A stretch of 64,000 bases of DNA from Macrostomum lignano (lineage: Eukaryota), in contig NIVC01000621.1 in NCBI GenBank assembly GCA_002269645.1, forward strand, positions 372,001 through 436,000, in the 5' to 3' direction. The notes under the pieces are model-generated. The model had not been told where the DNA came from. It made no database searches and worked only from the letters and a program-made list of their open reading frames with translations. Positions 1 to 12,094 of this stretch are shown in pieces (position 1 is the stretch's first letter; each line of letters opens with the position of its first letter). The position numbers and the translations under genes are program-made.

Positions 1-490
1 GTAGTATTGAATGCTACGGGCGTAATTGTAAATCCAAATACATGTAACTCAAAACGCTATCACAAGATTTGTGTTTCAAAAGATGCATACTATAGTAATA
101 GAAGTGCCGATCAGATTGTTTATTGGAACGTGCAAAATAAATTCGTCTTACTCTCGAAAATACATACATGTATCCTCATGCACACTCATTCGATAAAAGT
201 ACATTATCGATCGGTTTTTTAAGTCCAATATGTACAATTTATAGACTGACAATGCGTGCATACCAATTGCTCATTAAACTCTCTCGATATCAAATTTTAT
301 CGGTCAGTATACATGTGTCTATATACCAGAGACTAAACACAGTAGTGAATCGTGATAAACCAGAGACTAATTGAAGTGTCTTTATAGCTGCTCTATACTC
401 ATAAAAAAAACAAATTGTTTATCAAGGTTCTAGATTTGGTTTTTGATCGCTTGTCTGTTGTATAGCCTCAATCGATTTTCAACAAAAAAT

Positions 491-2447
491 ATGGCTGGCT
501 CAAACGACAGAGCAGACTGCTTGCATCACATTCACAATTGGTACAAAGAGTCCGATTCGAAAGACACCATCGTCCCGCTGCATACCATGGAGATGTTCAT
601 CATGAGCACACTGGGTGCCAATCTGAGTACGTTTACCGATCCGCAGAATCCCAATTTCAAGCCATTCTATCACGACTTTATGGAACCCGTTGGCAACTCC
701 AGACAGTTTGCTGACAAGCAATCGTTTATGAATAAGACGCGCCTATCAGTCCGACGGGTCCTCGGCTGCGGTCACTTCATGCTGTGCGCCCTGCGAGCCA
801 CCTACAATCAGTTGGAGAGCAAATACGGCGACTTATGGGAAAATGTGAGCTTCTGGCGAAGCAAGAAAAAACAAATCGAAGAAGAGAATCTGCTCGATCC
901 CGAGCGACCGTGCAACAGCCAAGCAGTGCTGAAATGGATGCAGAAGTTCTATTTTGAGCTATTCCTCAGCTGCATTCCGATGGACGAGTGCTGGCACAAT
1001 GCCAAGATTTCCTATACTATGCTGCGCTTCACTTCCCCGTGCGAACCAGCAGATGCGGATGTTCGATCGGAGGAATTTCTGAGGAATTATCAGTAAGTGT
1101 ATTGTCTAATTTTTTTATTAATTGATGCTTTTACATACATGTAGCTATATAGTATAGGCATTATTATTTTGAAATTTTGTCTAAGAATGAACCATCATAT
1201 TCAGCAGAAGTCCTGGTTGGAGTGCGACAAGAATTAGTAAAAATAGCTATATACGAGCGTACATCATGTACTTTCGTAGTAAGAGAAGACATTTCTTAGA
1301 AAAAAAATAAAAGCTTTATAAAGCTACGCTCACGAATCCCTATACTAATCCTTTGAATAGAAAACCCAAATTAAGCCCCTAGTAGTTTATGGCTTCAGGT
1401 ATTGTACAATCCATGGACAAATATTTGTACTGACGTTAATTGGTTTAGACAATTTTAGATGATCAAGACATGTACAGGGAATTTATGAAATATAATAACA
1501 AGATAGGGAAATCAAGAGTCAATCAAAACAATATTTATTTTCACTTCTAGTCTCGTACGTGTGGATCATAAATTATAATTTTGGGCATTTTATATTGCAG
1601 CGTTCGATTTATGTAACATTACGTGTAATACAAGTATGTATAATTGATGAGGACGCACTTTTCCCAAATTCCACGCTAGCACATGGGCTTTAAACTTGCT
1701 AGCCTACTGACAACAGGCTATGGGCATTTTTTCTTCTCTTTATGTAATTTTCCTAGAATTCATACTAGTCAAATGATTTTGCCATACTTGTAGTTATAAT
1801 AACATAGCTGTGCGGCTTTAGGGTCATAAATCTGGCTTCTGCTTTCGAGCTGGTCTGACAGCCACCTGCGCCTCACTCAATGCTGAGACTGCGGCGCCAG
1901 ATGGTCTGAGAGGATGCGGGCGGTAGATTTTTTCTCATCCTTACAGGAGTCCTCCACAGGACTCTAATTGATTTATTTCTGAGACCTAAGGCCCGAAGGC
2001 TTCCCCACAAGGGGGCCGAAAGGTCGAAACCCATCATAATTTGCTATGTAAACTTATTGTACGTAAACATGCTCGCATGTAGCTATAGTAAAAATTAAAA
2101 TCTATAGATAATTGGCTGCCTACTACTCGTAGTAGAGTAGGTATAGCTATTTTGAAAAAAACAATATTAATATTTATTTGCTTCATTTTTCAATCCTAAC
2201 TATAGAAATGTTTTGTTATAGTCAATGTTATTGAAAATGAATTTTGATTTACATCGATAAAACAAACAATTTCAGAGAATTCGTCATATTCCTGCTGGTG
2301 AACATGCACGAATTGGGTCTGCTGACCGGCGACCCCCTACAGCAGTACCTCAGGCTGGTGCGAAAGAAGGGCAGCCCGCCAGCCAATCAAATTAGCGCCA
2401 GTCAGAAGGACAGTCTGGCTAAAAATATTGGCGAAATTTTGAATTAA
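491..2447 (+). CDS. Two-exon gene for an uncharacterised ~258-aa protein (exons 491-1092 and 2276-2447)
   Basis: ATG at 491. The ORF's stop lies inside a canonical donor (CA|GTAAGT, 1093). The acceptor TTTCAG|A at 2275 restores the frame (..RNYQ|EFVIFLLVNMHELG..) to TAA 2447. No family recognised. Confidence 0.7.
1645..2036 (+). mobile_element. Internally deleted solo LTR (TGATG...CATCA family) in the intron of the 491-2447 gene
   Basis: Ends TGATGAGGACGCAC...GAAACCCATCA and is flanked by a TAAT/TAAT 4-bp duplication. Both ends align by eye to 43201-44630 and to the reverse complement of 54921-56885. Confidence 0.8.
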
Positions 2448-2989
2448 CCATCATTGTCTTAAAATGAGAGAAACCAAAGGCTTTCAATACTGACTTTTCA
2501 TTTTATGATTATCTATGAGACGACAGCAAGAGTTGGGAATTTTAATTTCGAGAAAATTAAATAAACAAGAAAACGATTTTAGTTGTGAAAATTGAATTTA
2601 GTTACCAGCCATTCTTTTGCATGTTCATTAGGTTGGAAGTAGCTCCTTATGTATCTGCAGAGGCAGTGGGCAGAGCAGCTCGACACAAAATACGTCTGAC
2701 ACTGGAGCCACGACACCCTCTAGAAAATATTTGTAGTCACTATTTATTCTAACCAAGTTGAGTCACGACCGTACATAATTTTCTTTTGTTTATATATTTT
2801 TACCTGTAAGCAACTTTCGGGTCAACAAAAATATGATTAATCAAGACGAGTTGAAAAAGGGATCATAGGAGTTTTTTTGTACAAAGATGGCTTTTTTTCT
2901 ACAGAAAATTGTCACTCGTTGGCGGGATTTGAAGGCCTGTTTTCTTCTGAAAAGTGCATCAGCGAAACAGGGAGCCTTTTATTGCAGGC

Positions 2990-3240
2990 AGTGGTTCTCA
3001 CACAACCGGCGAGAGGCATTACTGCCCATTCCGTCGACTCCCCTGAGCAGGCACACAAGCGCGCGGATACGTACGCAGTCATACGCACAGGCACACACTC
3101 ACACAGGAGTGTACAGCGGCCCTAACTTTATATTATCGTTAGGCATGTACACTTCACTGTGCCTTGGGGGTTGGCCCTCAAGGCCGTTAATTGCAAGAGC
3201 AGAGCCAAGCCGAGATTCCAATTTAGCCCCGAATTAATGC
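2990..3240 (-). repeat. Interspersed repeat family X, copy 1
   Basis: Aligns by eye with 32235-32465 (same strand) and 21745-21945 (opposite strand), e.g. the CAGCGGCCCT..AGGCATGTACAC..TTGGGG.TTGGCCC core. Boundaries are approximate. Confidence 0.6.
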
Positions 3241-3585
3241 ACTTGGAATCGAGCCTGGGCCGCTGTAGGCAAGCCTGAGCAAAACTTTTCTAGAAGGATA
3301 TTTCTAGAAAGAAAAGACGCTAAAAAATGTGAGCTTTTCTAGAAACTACGATTACTCATTGATGAGCTAGCAACGATTTTTGCAATTCAGAAGTCCAGAT
3401 GGTGAAATTATTGGGAATTAAGTGCTAAAAAATCCGAAAACTTAGTCGATCCTATCTCGCTAATTGGATGTCCCATTCTAGAGCAAGTTTCATCTTTACT
3501 AGCAAACTCAAAAGCTACATTTACATGTAGGCTAAATTAGAAGCACGATATGCAAACGTCCATCTCGACAGTACATATTTGGGGG

Positions 3586-3880
3586 GGGGGGTGAATTAGC
3601 CTATTGGTTAAAGTGTCGGAATCAGAGGTCGGGGGTTCGATTCCCGATCCTACTGAAACAGTTGTTGTCCTTGAGCAAGACGCTTAACTCTGCATTGCTT
3701 CAGTTCACCCAGCTGTAAAATGGGTGCCAGCTTTAGCTGGGGTAATTGAGGCTGTGTGTGGCGACCCCCCCCTCCCCCAGTGCTTGGACTGAACAGCCGT
3801 ACGCAGTCGTCAGATGCGCTGCGCAATAGCTGCGGCTGAGCTGTCGGTTGCACATCTGGCCTAATTGGGGCAGGTGTAAT
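3586..3880 (+). mobile_element. tRNA-derived SINE with CORE-like central domain, copy 1
   Basis: A-box-like TAGCCTATTGG and B-box GGTTCGATTCC. CCTTGAGCAAGACGCTTAACTC...CAGCTGTAAAATGGG resembles the MIR/CORE consensus. A near-identical inverted copy lies at 5935-6236. Confidence 0.8.
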
Positions 3881-4063
3881 TAATGAGTATTGTCATTACT
3901 GTCACTTTGTTTCGACCTTGTATTTTTCCTTTGTAGCCAGCCTTTACAAGCAAAAGATTTTCTAAGAAAAAAGTGTTGTTCTCGGGACAATTTAGTGATA
4001 CAACAGCTAGAAATTACCCCGAAGTTCGCTAATCCGCTTCGAACCTCGATAATCCATCGGCAT

Positions 4064-5446
4064 TTATTCACCGCCAACTGTCGCGACTACACCAGCCGGC
4101 CTATCAGCCTCCTGCCCAGCTTCATCAACCACTTCGCCGCCCCAGCCGTCGTCAACCGGTCCGGTCGAGTCTCCACGCCAGGAGGTGTCGCGCAGCGGCC
4201 AGGGCCGCCGCCCCAGGAACAGGCTGCCGCCCGTCTTCGGCCTCTTGAAGTGGCTGTAGAAATTTTCCGAGAACCGAGGCAGCCGCTCCGGCAGCTCGGG
4301 CGGCGGCGCGTCGGCTGGAGTTGTCAAGTCGGCCGCCTGACGACGGGTCAGCTCGCGAGAGATGAACGCCTCCGAGGCCAGGCAGGCGTGGAAGGCGACG
4401 GCGGTGGCAGCTGCGGCAGCGTCGAACGCCGCATCGACAGCCGCTTCGCTCTCCTCGGCAGATGTGGCAACGGTTGTGCAGCTCGTCTGCAGCTGCATCG
4501 CCGGCATCATCGGCCGTAGTGGTCGCGTCCGACCAGTGAGGCGTCGTTTCTTCTGCCGACGACTGGCAGCCGATTCTGTTGACGCCCTGGTCGTTGCCGC
4601 CGCTGTTGCCGCCGTCGCAGTGTACGGCCTTGCTGGTGGCCGCGTATCGTTGGACACCGCTAGCTGGCTGATGAGGCAGTCCAGCCGAGCCAGTCGTTGA
4701 CGGTTCTTCAAACATAGCGGACAGTCCTCGCATTTGTCCGAGGAATCTGACGGCTGTTGTTGTTGCTGATGAGGCGGCGGCGGCGGCGGCGGCAACGGCC
4801 GTGCCAGCAGGCAGTAGCTCGACTCCAGCGGGGCGGAGGCGCGGCCGGCGGCAGCGGCTGCAGTTGCCGGCCTGCTGGCCGGGGTCAGGCGGACCAGCTG
4901 CGCCGATTTCTCCGACCTGCGCAGTTGCATCGGCGTTGGTTTCGACTGTTCCTCTTGGCGGTTGAACTGTCGATCCAAGCCAACTCCAGCCAGTCGGATG
5001 GCGCCAACATCCGCGTCCAGGCAGGCTCGAGCGCGGGCCTGGCGTCGAATTTCGGCACCCATAGTTCTGCCGATGCCGGCAGGTCCGGTTGGGAAAGTCG
5101 CATGTTGCGGCTGCTGCTGCTGATGCGGCAGCGCCGGCACAACCCGCCGCACTCCGCTAAACGTGACGGAGCGTTGAGTTTTGCTTCGATTTTCTTCCAA
5201 CGTCGATTTGGCATCGGTTTTATTGCTTTCGTTGCAGTCGTGATCGCTGCCCCGACGATGTCGAAGTATACCGCCGGCTGATGTTGTCGAAGCGACCGGA
5301 TGTTTGCCGACGTCTCGGTTGGTGGCGCGGCCACGCAGACAGTTCGAAGCGTCCAGAGAGACGTAGTGAGTCCGCACGGTAGGCTTGTTGGCGTTCTGCT
5401 TCTGATGCTGATGAAGGACCCGCAGTTCTGCCAGCACGGTTGCCAT
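4064..5446 (-). CDS. Intronless low-complexity (Ala/Gln/Pro/Arg-rich) 460-aa protein, possibly RFX-regulated
   Basis: ATG is in a good context (agcATGG) with an in-frame stop upstream at 5530. The TAA stop is embedded in AATAAA (4063-4068). An X-box lies ~250 bp upstream. No domain recognised. Confidence 0.6.
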   Translation of the reverse strand: MATVLAELRVLHQHQKQNANKPTVRTHYVSLDASNCLRGRATNRDVGKHPVASTTSAGGILRHRRGSDHDCNESNKTDAKSTLEENRSKTQRSVTFSGVRRVVPALPHQQQQPQHATFPTGPAGIGRTMGAEIRRQARARACLDADVGAIRLAGVGLDRQFNRQEEQSKPTPMQLRRSEKSAQLVRLTPASRPATAAAAAGRASAPLESSYCLLARPLPPPPPPPHQQQQQPSDSSDKCEDCPLCLKNRQRLARLDCLISQLAVSNDTRPPARPYTATAATAAATTRASTESAASRRQKKRRLTGRTRPLRPMMPAMQLQTSCTTVATSAEESEAAVDAAFDAAAAATAVAFHACLASEAFISRELTRRQAADLTTPADAPPPELPERLPRFSENFYSHFKRPKTGGSLFLGRRPWPLRDTSWRGDSTGPVDDGWGGEVVDEAGQEADRPAGVVATVGGE

Positions 5447-5696
5447 GCTGTGACGGATCTTGAGCTGCAGGGCTGAGATGCTGGGCTTAGCTTTGGCTTT
5501 GGGTTTGAGTTGACCTGGCTGATCAATTCAAAAGTTAGCTCTCTCCCTCTTCTACTGAGCCTGTCCGTGGAAGCTTTATGCCGCAGGTCTGTCGCTATTC
5601 AACTCCATTGAAACGGACAGCTTTTCTTGGGTCCTGCGCAGAACAGGAAACTGTTTCATTCTTCAGTTTCCTGTCGCAGCCCAGACGGTCTCAGCC

Positions 5697-5710
5697 GTTG
5701 CTATGGCAAC
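5697..5710. promoter_or_regulatory. RFX X-box
   Basis: GTTGCTATGGCAAC, a 14-bp near-palindrome matching the established RFX consensus GTTGCCATGGCAAC. Confidence 0.65.
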
Positions 5711-5934
5711 AATGCTAATGCTCACGTAGTAATGTACAGCGCCGCCTTTGTATGAAAGAAGCACTACTAAACTCTTATATGGCTTCCACGCGCTATTGCG
5801 GGTCAAATTTTATGGCCATAACGGGTGGGCCTTTAAAATGCATTGAAATGGTTGCAAACTTAAAATTAAATGTACAGTGTCATTTGCATCAGATCCTGAC
5901 TTAAAGTAATTGAATCGTTGAAAGTCAATAATGA

Positions 5935-6236
5935 CAATAATAATTAATTAAACCTGCGCTAATCGGCAGATGTGCAACCGACAGCTCAGCCGCAGCTATT
6001 GCGCGGCGCATCTGACGGCTGCGTACGGCTGTTCAGTCCAAGGACTGGGTGGGGGTCGCCACACACCCTCACTTACCCCAGCTGATGCTGGCACCCATTT
6101 TACAGCTGGGTGAACTGAAGCAATGCAGAGTTAAGTATCTTGCTCAAGGACACAAATTGTTTCAGTGGGATCGGGAATCGAACCCCCGACCTTTCATTCG
6201 TAAGTCTGACGCTCTGACCACTAGGCTACAATCCCA
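5935..6236 (-). mobile_element. tRNA-derived CORE-like SINE, copy 2 (full tRNA head)
   Basis: The minus strand reads GGGATTGTAGCCTAGTGGTCAGAGCGTCAGAC...GGGGGTTCGATTCCCGATCCCA, followed by the same body as 3586-3880 and an AT-rich tail. Confidence 0.8.
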
Positions 6237-6974
6237 TGTCAAGAAGCCATGGAGATATCAGCACGTGTTACTATAACCATTCAAAACAGCATGCACTCAA
6301 GCACTTGGTTGAGATATGAGGCTCAAGCACACAAGTAAGATTGGAACCGTTATCAAATCCCTATAAGCGTTACATTAAGCTGTGAAAAATGCTGTACGAC
6401 TATAGCTGTCCTGATAACAGTTTTTGCGAGCAATAAAATCCGCTGACCCTGCAATGCAGGTTAGAAGTTTCTGGAGTTTACCGATTCAACCTGACACAGA
6501 TAGCAGTCTATAAAGCTTTTTAATAGTCACGATTAGTGTCAGTCACTAACAATTTATAACAAGCAGGTGTGTAAGTGTTTAATTGTCAGGTGTCACCTTT
6601 CGGACAAATTTAAACAAATCCATTTCGCGTTCTGGTACACACGGTAGCTCTCTGTGCTGACTAACTTTATCAGCATAAATTGGAGCGAAAGCCACGAATC
6701 AAGCTATTCATTGATTAACTATTCTGTTCGGTCGCTTCTGTACAATTTACTGCACTTTTGCGGCGGGATTCTCAGGTAAATACCGTCCGCTATCTATCTA
6801 GAACTAGCCTAAACCCGAGATTTGCGGGGGTTGGCTCTCACGGCTGTGAATTGCTCGAAAACCCCAAGGTCAATCATTGTGCAATAAGTTCCAAATGAAC
6901 TTAGTGCCAACAACCAAACAGGCTGGCATGTGTACCTCAACGGTCACATTATTTACCAACAGGTCCTTAAAAAC

Positions 6975-9900
6975 ATGTCCGAGGTGTCTCACCTGACAGA
7001 CCAGCTGTCCAAGGCCAGTTGGGCCTACCGCTGGTCCGTCACTGTTCTCTTGTCCTACGTGACAATGAAAGCAGCATTCGACATATTCATACTGAACCTG
7101 GCCACCGCCAACGTGCCATTCCACTGCGCCCAAGCCGTCATCGACAACCAGACCACAGAGTGGGGCAGCGTCAACGTTAGCGAACTCGCTGATACGGCCA
7201 ACTTTTCCATCTTGGACTACAAGTGCTTTGCGCCGCAGTTCGCTCGAGAGGACAACGGTCGACTGGCACCGATACAAGTCATAAATGACTCGTCAGCTAG
7301 CAACAGGCCGTGCACCGCGTGGACTTATTGGCCAACGGAGCCAGGAAGACGGAACATGCTGATGGAATACGATTTCATGTGCGACAGAGCCTACCTGGCT
7401 GACCGGATGCAGACTATCATGCAGGTACGTAGTTGAGGTTAACGCAGAATCCAACAAATTATTTCAGTGTTTTACAAGATACGATCTCAGATTTGATCCG
7501 GTAGACGGTTGCAGAACAGGTATAGATGAGATGAGAACACAGTGATCAGGTTGCACAGCAGGTATAGATGAGATGAGAACACAGTGATCAGGTTGCAGAA
7601 CAGGTAGATGAGATGAGAACACAGTGATCAGGTTGCACAGCAGGTATAGATGAGATGAGAACACAGTGATCAGGTTGCAGAACAGGTAGATGAGATGAGA
7701 ACACAGTGATCAGGTTGCAGAGCAGTTAGATTTCAATGTATACTATTTACTAAAGCAATTTCGAAACCGCCATTCAGGCAGGCATTTTTGTCAGCTGCTG
7801 TTTCGCTCCTCTGGCTGACGCATTCGGCAGAAGGCTGCCATTCATATTGTTCGCGTACATCGACCTGACCAGCACAATTCTGGTTATTTTCGTGCGTGAC
7901 CTCACAGCCCAGATGGTCCTGCGCTTCTTCATGGGCTTCGGCTCTCCCGCTGTGCTCACCGGAGTAGCCTATCTCACCGAGCTGATCTCTGAAGACTATC
8001 ATGGATTGCATGGAAATTTCTACTGGATTCTGTGGGTAGTTGGCTACACGACATCTGGCGTGATTGCCTACCTGGTGATGGAGTGGCGGCTGCAGATGGT
8101 TTTGGTTGCTGCGATTATTGGTTAGTTTTGGAGTTTTCGTGTGCGTCTGTGTCAGGTGTTCTCCAGTGCGTCTGTGTCAGGTGTTCTCTAGTACGTCTGT
8201 GTCAGGTGTTCTCTAGTGCGTCTGTGTCAGGTGTTCTCTAGTGCGTCTGTGTCAGGTGTTCTCTAGTGCGTCTGTGTCGGGTGTTCTCCAGTGCGTCTGT
8301 GTCAGGTGTTCTCTAATGCGTCTGTGTCAGGTGTTCTCTAGTGCATCTTTGTCAGGTGTTCTCTAGTGCGTCTGTGTCAGGTGTTCTCTAGTGCATCTTT
8401 GTCAGGTGTTCTCTAGTGCGTCTGTGTCAGGTGTTCTCCAGTGCGTCTGTGTCAGGTGTTCTCCAGTGCGTCTGTGTCAGGTGTTCTCCAGTGCGGCTGT
8501 GTCAGGTGTTCTCTAGTGCGTCTGTGTCAGGTGTTCTCTAGTGAGTCTGTCGGTGTTCTCTAGTGAGTCTGTGTCAGGTGTTCTCTAGTGAGTCTGTCGG
8601 TGTTCTCTAGTGAGTCTGTGTCAGGTGTTCTCCAGTGCGTCTGTGTCAGGTGTTCTCCAGTGCGTCTGTGTCAGGTGTTCTCTAGTGCATCTTTGTCAGG
8701 TGTTCTCTAGTGCGTCTGTGTCAGGTGTTCTCCAGTGCGTCTGTGTCAGGTGTTCTCCAGTGCGTCTGTGTCAGGTGTTCTCCAGTGCGTCTGTGTCAGG
8801 TGTTCTCCAGTGCGTCTGTGTCAGGTGTTCTCCAGTGCGGCTGTGTCAGGTGTTCTCCAGTGCGTCTGTGTCAGGTGTTCTCCAGTGCGGCTGTGTCAGG
8901 TGTTCTCCAGTGCGTCTGTGTCATGTTCTCGTGTGCGTCTGTCGTGTCAGTTACTTCAGCTGTTCAAAGACAAACAAGCACATCTTACTTGAACCTTCCA
9001 GCCACAGGCTACCTGAGCTATCCCTGGTCCCTGATCGACTCACCAAAGTGGCTGTTCGCCAGCGGTCACCAGTCGGCCGCCAAGGACTCTCTGCTCCGCC
9101 TGTTCCGTCGGCACGGACTCGACACGGCCACAGTCGAGACAATGAAAGTCGACGAAGAATCAACGGAACTGAAGGGCGAATCGGAGACGCTGCAGTCTTC
9201 CCAGGCGAACGCCGAGTTGGATAGCGATTCTAAGAAACGACGTCGCCAACAGCCGAGCAACTTCGAGCTGGTCCGTCGGCAGCTGAGCCGCCTGCTGCCC
9301 AAGGAGAGCCTGTGCCAGAGCAAGTACCTGGCTGTAGAGGCTGCATTCACGGTTCTGTTTGTTGCTAACGCAATGTCATATTTTTCCTCGTCATTCCGCC
9401 GCGACTTCATCACAAAGAATCCGTACTTGAACGTGGTGATCTCTGGAGCGCTGGAGCTTCCGGCCGCATTCCTGGCTTGGTTTCTGACCGACCGCTGCGG
9501 TCGCCGGATTAGCAATATGCTGCTGCTGCTCCCCGCGGGGCTGCTCCTGATCCTCGTGCCGTTCGTGCCGCAACCGCCGGACGTTACCTTCGGTGCGAAG
9601 AGCGCCTGCGCACTGTTGTCTAAGTTCCTCATCACTGTGTCGTTCTGCATAGTGCTCATATTCGGGTCGGAAAGCCTGCCTACGAATATTCGGGCAACTT
9701 CTTTTATCTTGGCGTCGCAGGTTAGTTGAAACTGTTCTGCTGTGGCAGTCTGAGCTTCTCGCTGTAAATATCTCTAGTCCAGTCCCGAATTCTACACGTA
9801 ATCTAGTCCCGATTCTACACGTAATCTAGTCCCGAATTCTACACGTAATCTAGTCCCGATTCTACACGTAATCTAGTCCCGAATTCTACACGTAATCTAG

Positions 9901-12034
9901 TCCCGAATTCTACACGTAATCTAGTCCCGATTCTACACGTAATCCAGTCCCGATTCTACACGTAATCTAGTCCCGATTCTACACGTAATCTAGTCCTGAT
10001 TCTACACGTAATCTAGTCCCGAATTCTACACGTAATCTAGTCCCGAATTCTACACGTAATCTAGTCCCGATTCTACACGTAATCTAGTCCCGATTCTACA
10101 CGTAATCTAGTCCCGATTCTACACGTAATCTAGTCCCGAATTCTACACGTAATCTAGTCCCGATTCTACACGTAATCTAGTCCCGAATTCTACACGTAAT
10201 CTAGTCCCGATTCTACACGTAATCTAGTCCCGAATTCTACACGTAATCCAGTCCCGATTCTACACGTAATCTAGTCCCGAATTCTACACGTAATCTAGTC
10301 CCGAATTCTACACGTAATCTAGTCCCGAATTCTACACGTAATCTAGTCCCGATTCTACACGTAATCTAGTCCCGAATTCTACACGTAATCTAGTCCCGAT
10401 TCTACACGTAATCTAGTCCCGATTCTACACGTAATCCAGTCCCGATTCTACACGTAATCTAGTCCCGATTCTACACGTAATCTAGTCCCGAATTCTACAC
10501 GTAATCTAGTCCCGAATTCTACACGTAATCTAGTCCCGAATTCTACACGTAATCTAGTCCCGATTCTACACGTAATCTAGTCCCGAATTCTACACGTAAT
10601 CTAGTCCCGAATTCTACACGTAATCTAGTCCCGATTCTACACGTAATCTAGTCCCGAATTCTACACGTAATCTAGTCCCGATTCTACACGTAATCTAGTC
10701 CCGAATTCTACACGTAATCTAGTCCCGAATTCTACACGTAATCTAGTCCCGAATTCTACACGTAATCTAGTCCCGATTCTACACGTAATCCAGTCCCGAA
10801 TTCTACACGTAATCTAGTCCCGAATTCTACACGTAATCTAGTCCCGAATTCTACACGTAATCTAGTCCCGATTCTACACGTAATCTAGTCCCGAATTCTA
10901 CACGTAATCTAGTCCTGATTCTACACGTAATCTAGTCCCGATTCTACATGTAATCTAGTCCCGACTTCTACACGTAATTTAGACCCGACTTCTACACGTA
11001 ATCTAGACCCGACTTCTACACGTAATCTAGTCCCGATTCTACACGTAATCTAGTCCCGATTCTACACGTAATCTAGTCCCGAATTCTACACGTAATCTAG
11101 TCCCGATTCTACACGTAATCTAGTCCCGAATTCTACACGTAATTTAGTCCCGAATTCTACACGTAATCTAGTCCCGAATTCTACACGTAATCTAGTCCCG
11201 ATTCTACACGTAATCTAGTCCCGAATTCTACACGTAATCTAGTCCTGATTCTACACGTAATCTTGTCCCGATTCTACATGTAATCTAGTCCCGACTTCTA
11301 CACGTAATTTAGACCCGACTTCTACACGTAATCTAGACCCGACTTCTACACGTAATCTAGTCCCGAATTCTACACGTAATCTAGTCCCGATTCTACACGT
11401 AATCTAGTCCCGATTCTACACGTAATCTAGTCCCGAATTCTACACGTAATCTATTCCCGATTCTACACGTAATCTAGTCCCGATTCTACACGTAATCCAG
11501 TCCCGATTCTACACGTAATCTAGTCCCGAATTCTACACGTAATCTATTCCCGATTCTACACGTAATCTATTCCGATTCTACACGTAATCCAGTCCCGATT
11601 CTACATGTAATCTAGTCCTGATTCTACACGTAATCTTGTCCCGAATTCTACATGTAATCTAGTCATATTTCTAAACGTAATCTAGTTCCAATTCTGTGTT
11701 TCGTATGGAATCCACGTGCTTTAAGCACTCCGCTAAATCCTACTGTACAACTCAACTCAATCAGGTGATGCGCCTTGGTCAGACCCTGGCTCCGGAGCTC
11801 AACGGCCTGCTACTCAACGTTAATCCAGCTTTCCCAAATTTTTTTTACGGCGGTTTCTGTGTGGCCTCAGGCCTGCTGCTCATTCTGCTGCCGGAGACTC
11901 ACAACAGACCCATGCCGGACAGCATTGCGGACATGGCCGGCCTCAGCCTGCCCGACGCCTGCCTACCGCGTGCACGTCGGCAACTGCAGCTTCAAAGCGT
12001 TGAGCTTCCATCGCGGCAGTCACCCACTGTGTAG
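6975..12034 (+). CDS. SLC22-family (organic cation/anion, MFS) transporter, 593 aa; exons 6975-7424, 7778-8120, 9002-9720, 11765-12034
   Basis: All junctions are GT-AG and phase-consistent (0,1,0; 1782 nt). Motifs: Cys-containing first loop ending EYDFMC, ADAFGRR, LTEL, DSPKWL, TDRCGRR, SESLPTNIR, RLGQTLAP, LPETHNRPMPD. The exon-3 acceptor at 9001 was chosen over in-frame alternatives at 8950 and 8959. Confidence 0.9.
7500..7722. repeat. ~42-bp minisatellite, SLC22 intron 1
   Basis: About 5 copies of CAGGTA(TA)GATGAGATGAGAACACAGTGATCAGGTTGCA(GAA/CAG). Confidence 0.9.
8138..8945. repeat. 25-bp minisatellite, SLC22 intron 2
   Basis: About 30 copies of TGCGTCTGTGTCAGGTGTTCTC(C/T)AG. Confidence 0.95.
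9775..11690. repeat. 23/24-bp minisatellite, SLC22 intron 3
   Basis: About 80 copies of CTAGTCCCGA(A)TTCTACACGTAAT. Confidence 0.95.
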
Positions 12035-12094
12035 TGCAAGACTCAAGTACTCTATCTGGGGGATGAGGGGAGCGACGTGACGGACACCCCAGGA

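Noticed and set aside
3890-5526. Overlapping ORFs 3890-4519, 4152-4733, 4362-4700, 4757-5281, 4885-5526
   Set aside because: These are shadow frames of a GC-rich coding region. Only 4064-5446 has start context, a polyA signal and an upstream element.
6165-6236. tRNA gene
   Set aside because: It is the head of a SINE, continuous with the CORE-like body. No proper acceptor stem is evident.
8610-9001. Cys/Val-rich N-termini of ORFs 8610, 8710 and 8735
   Set aside because: These translate the intronic 25-bp minisatellite. Real coding resumes at exon 3.
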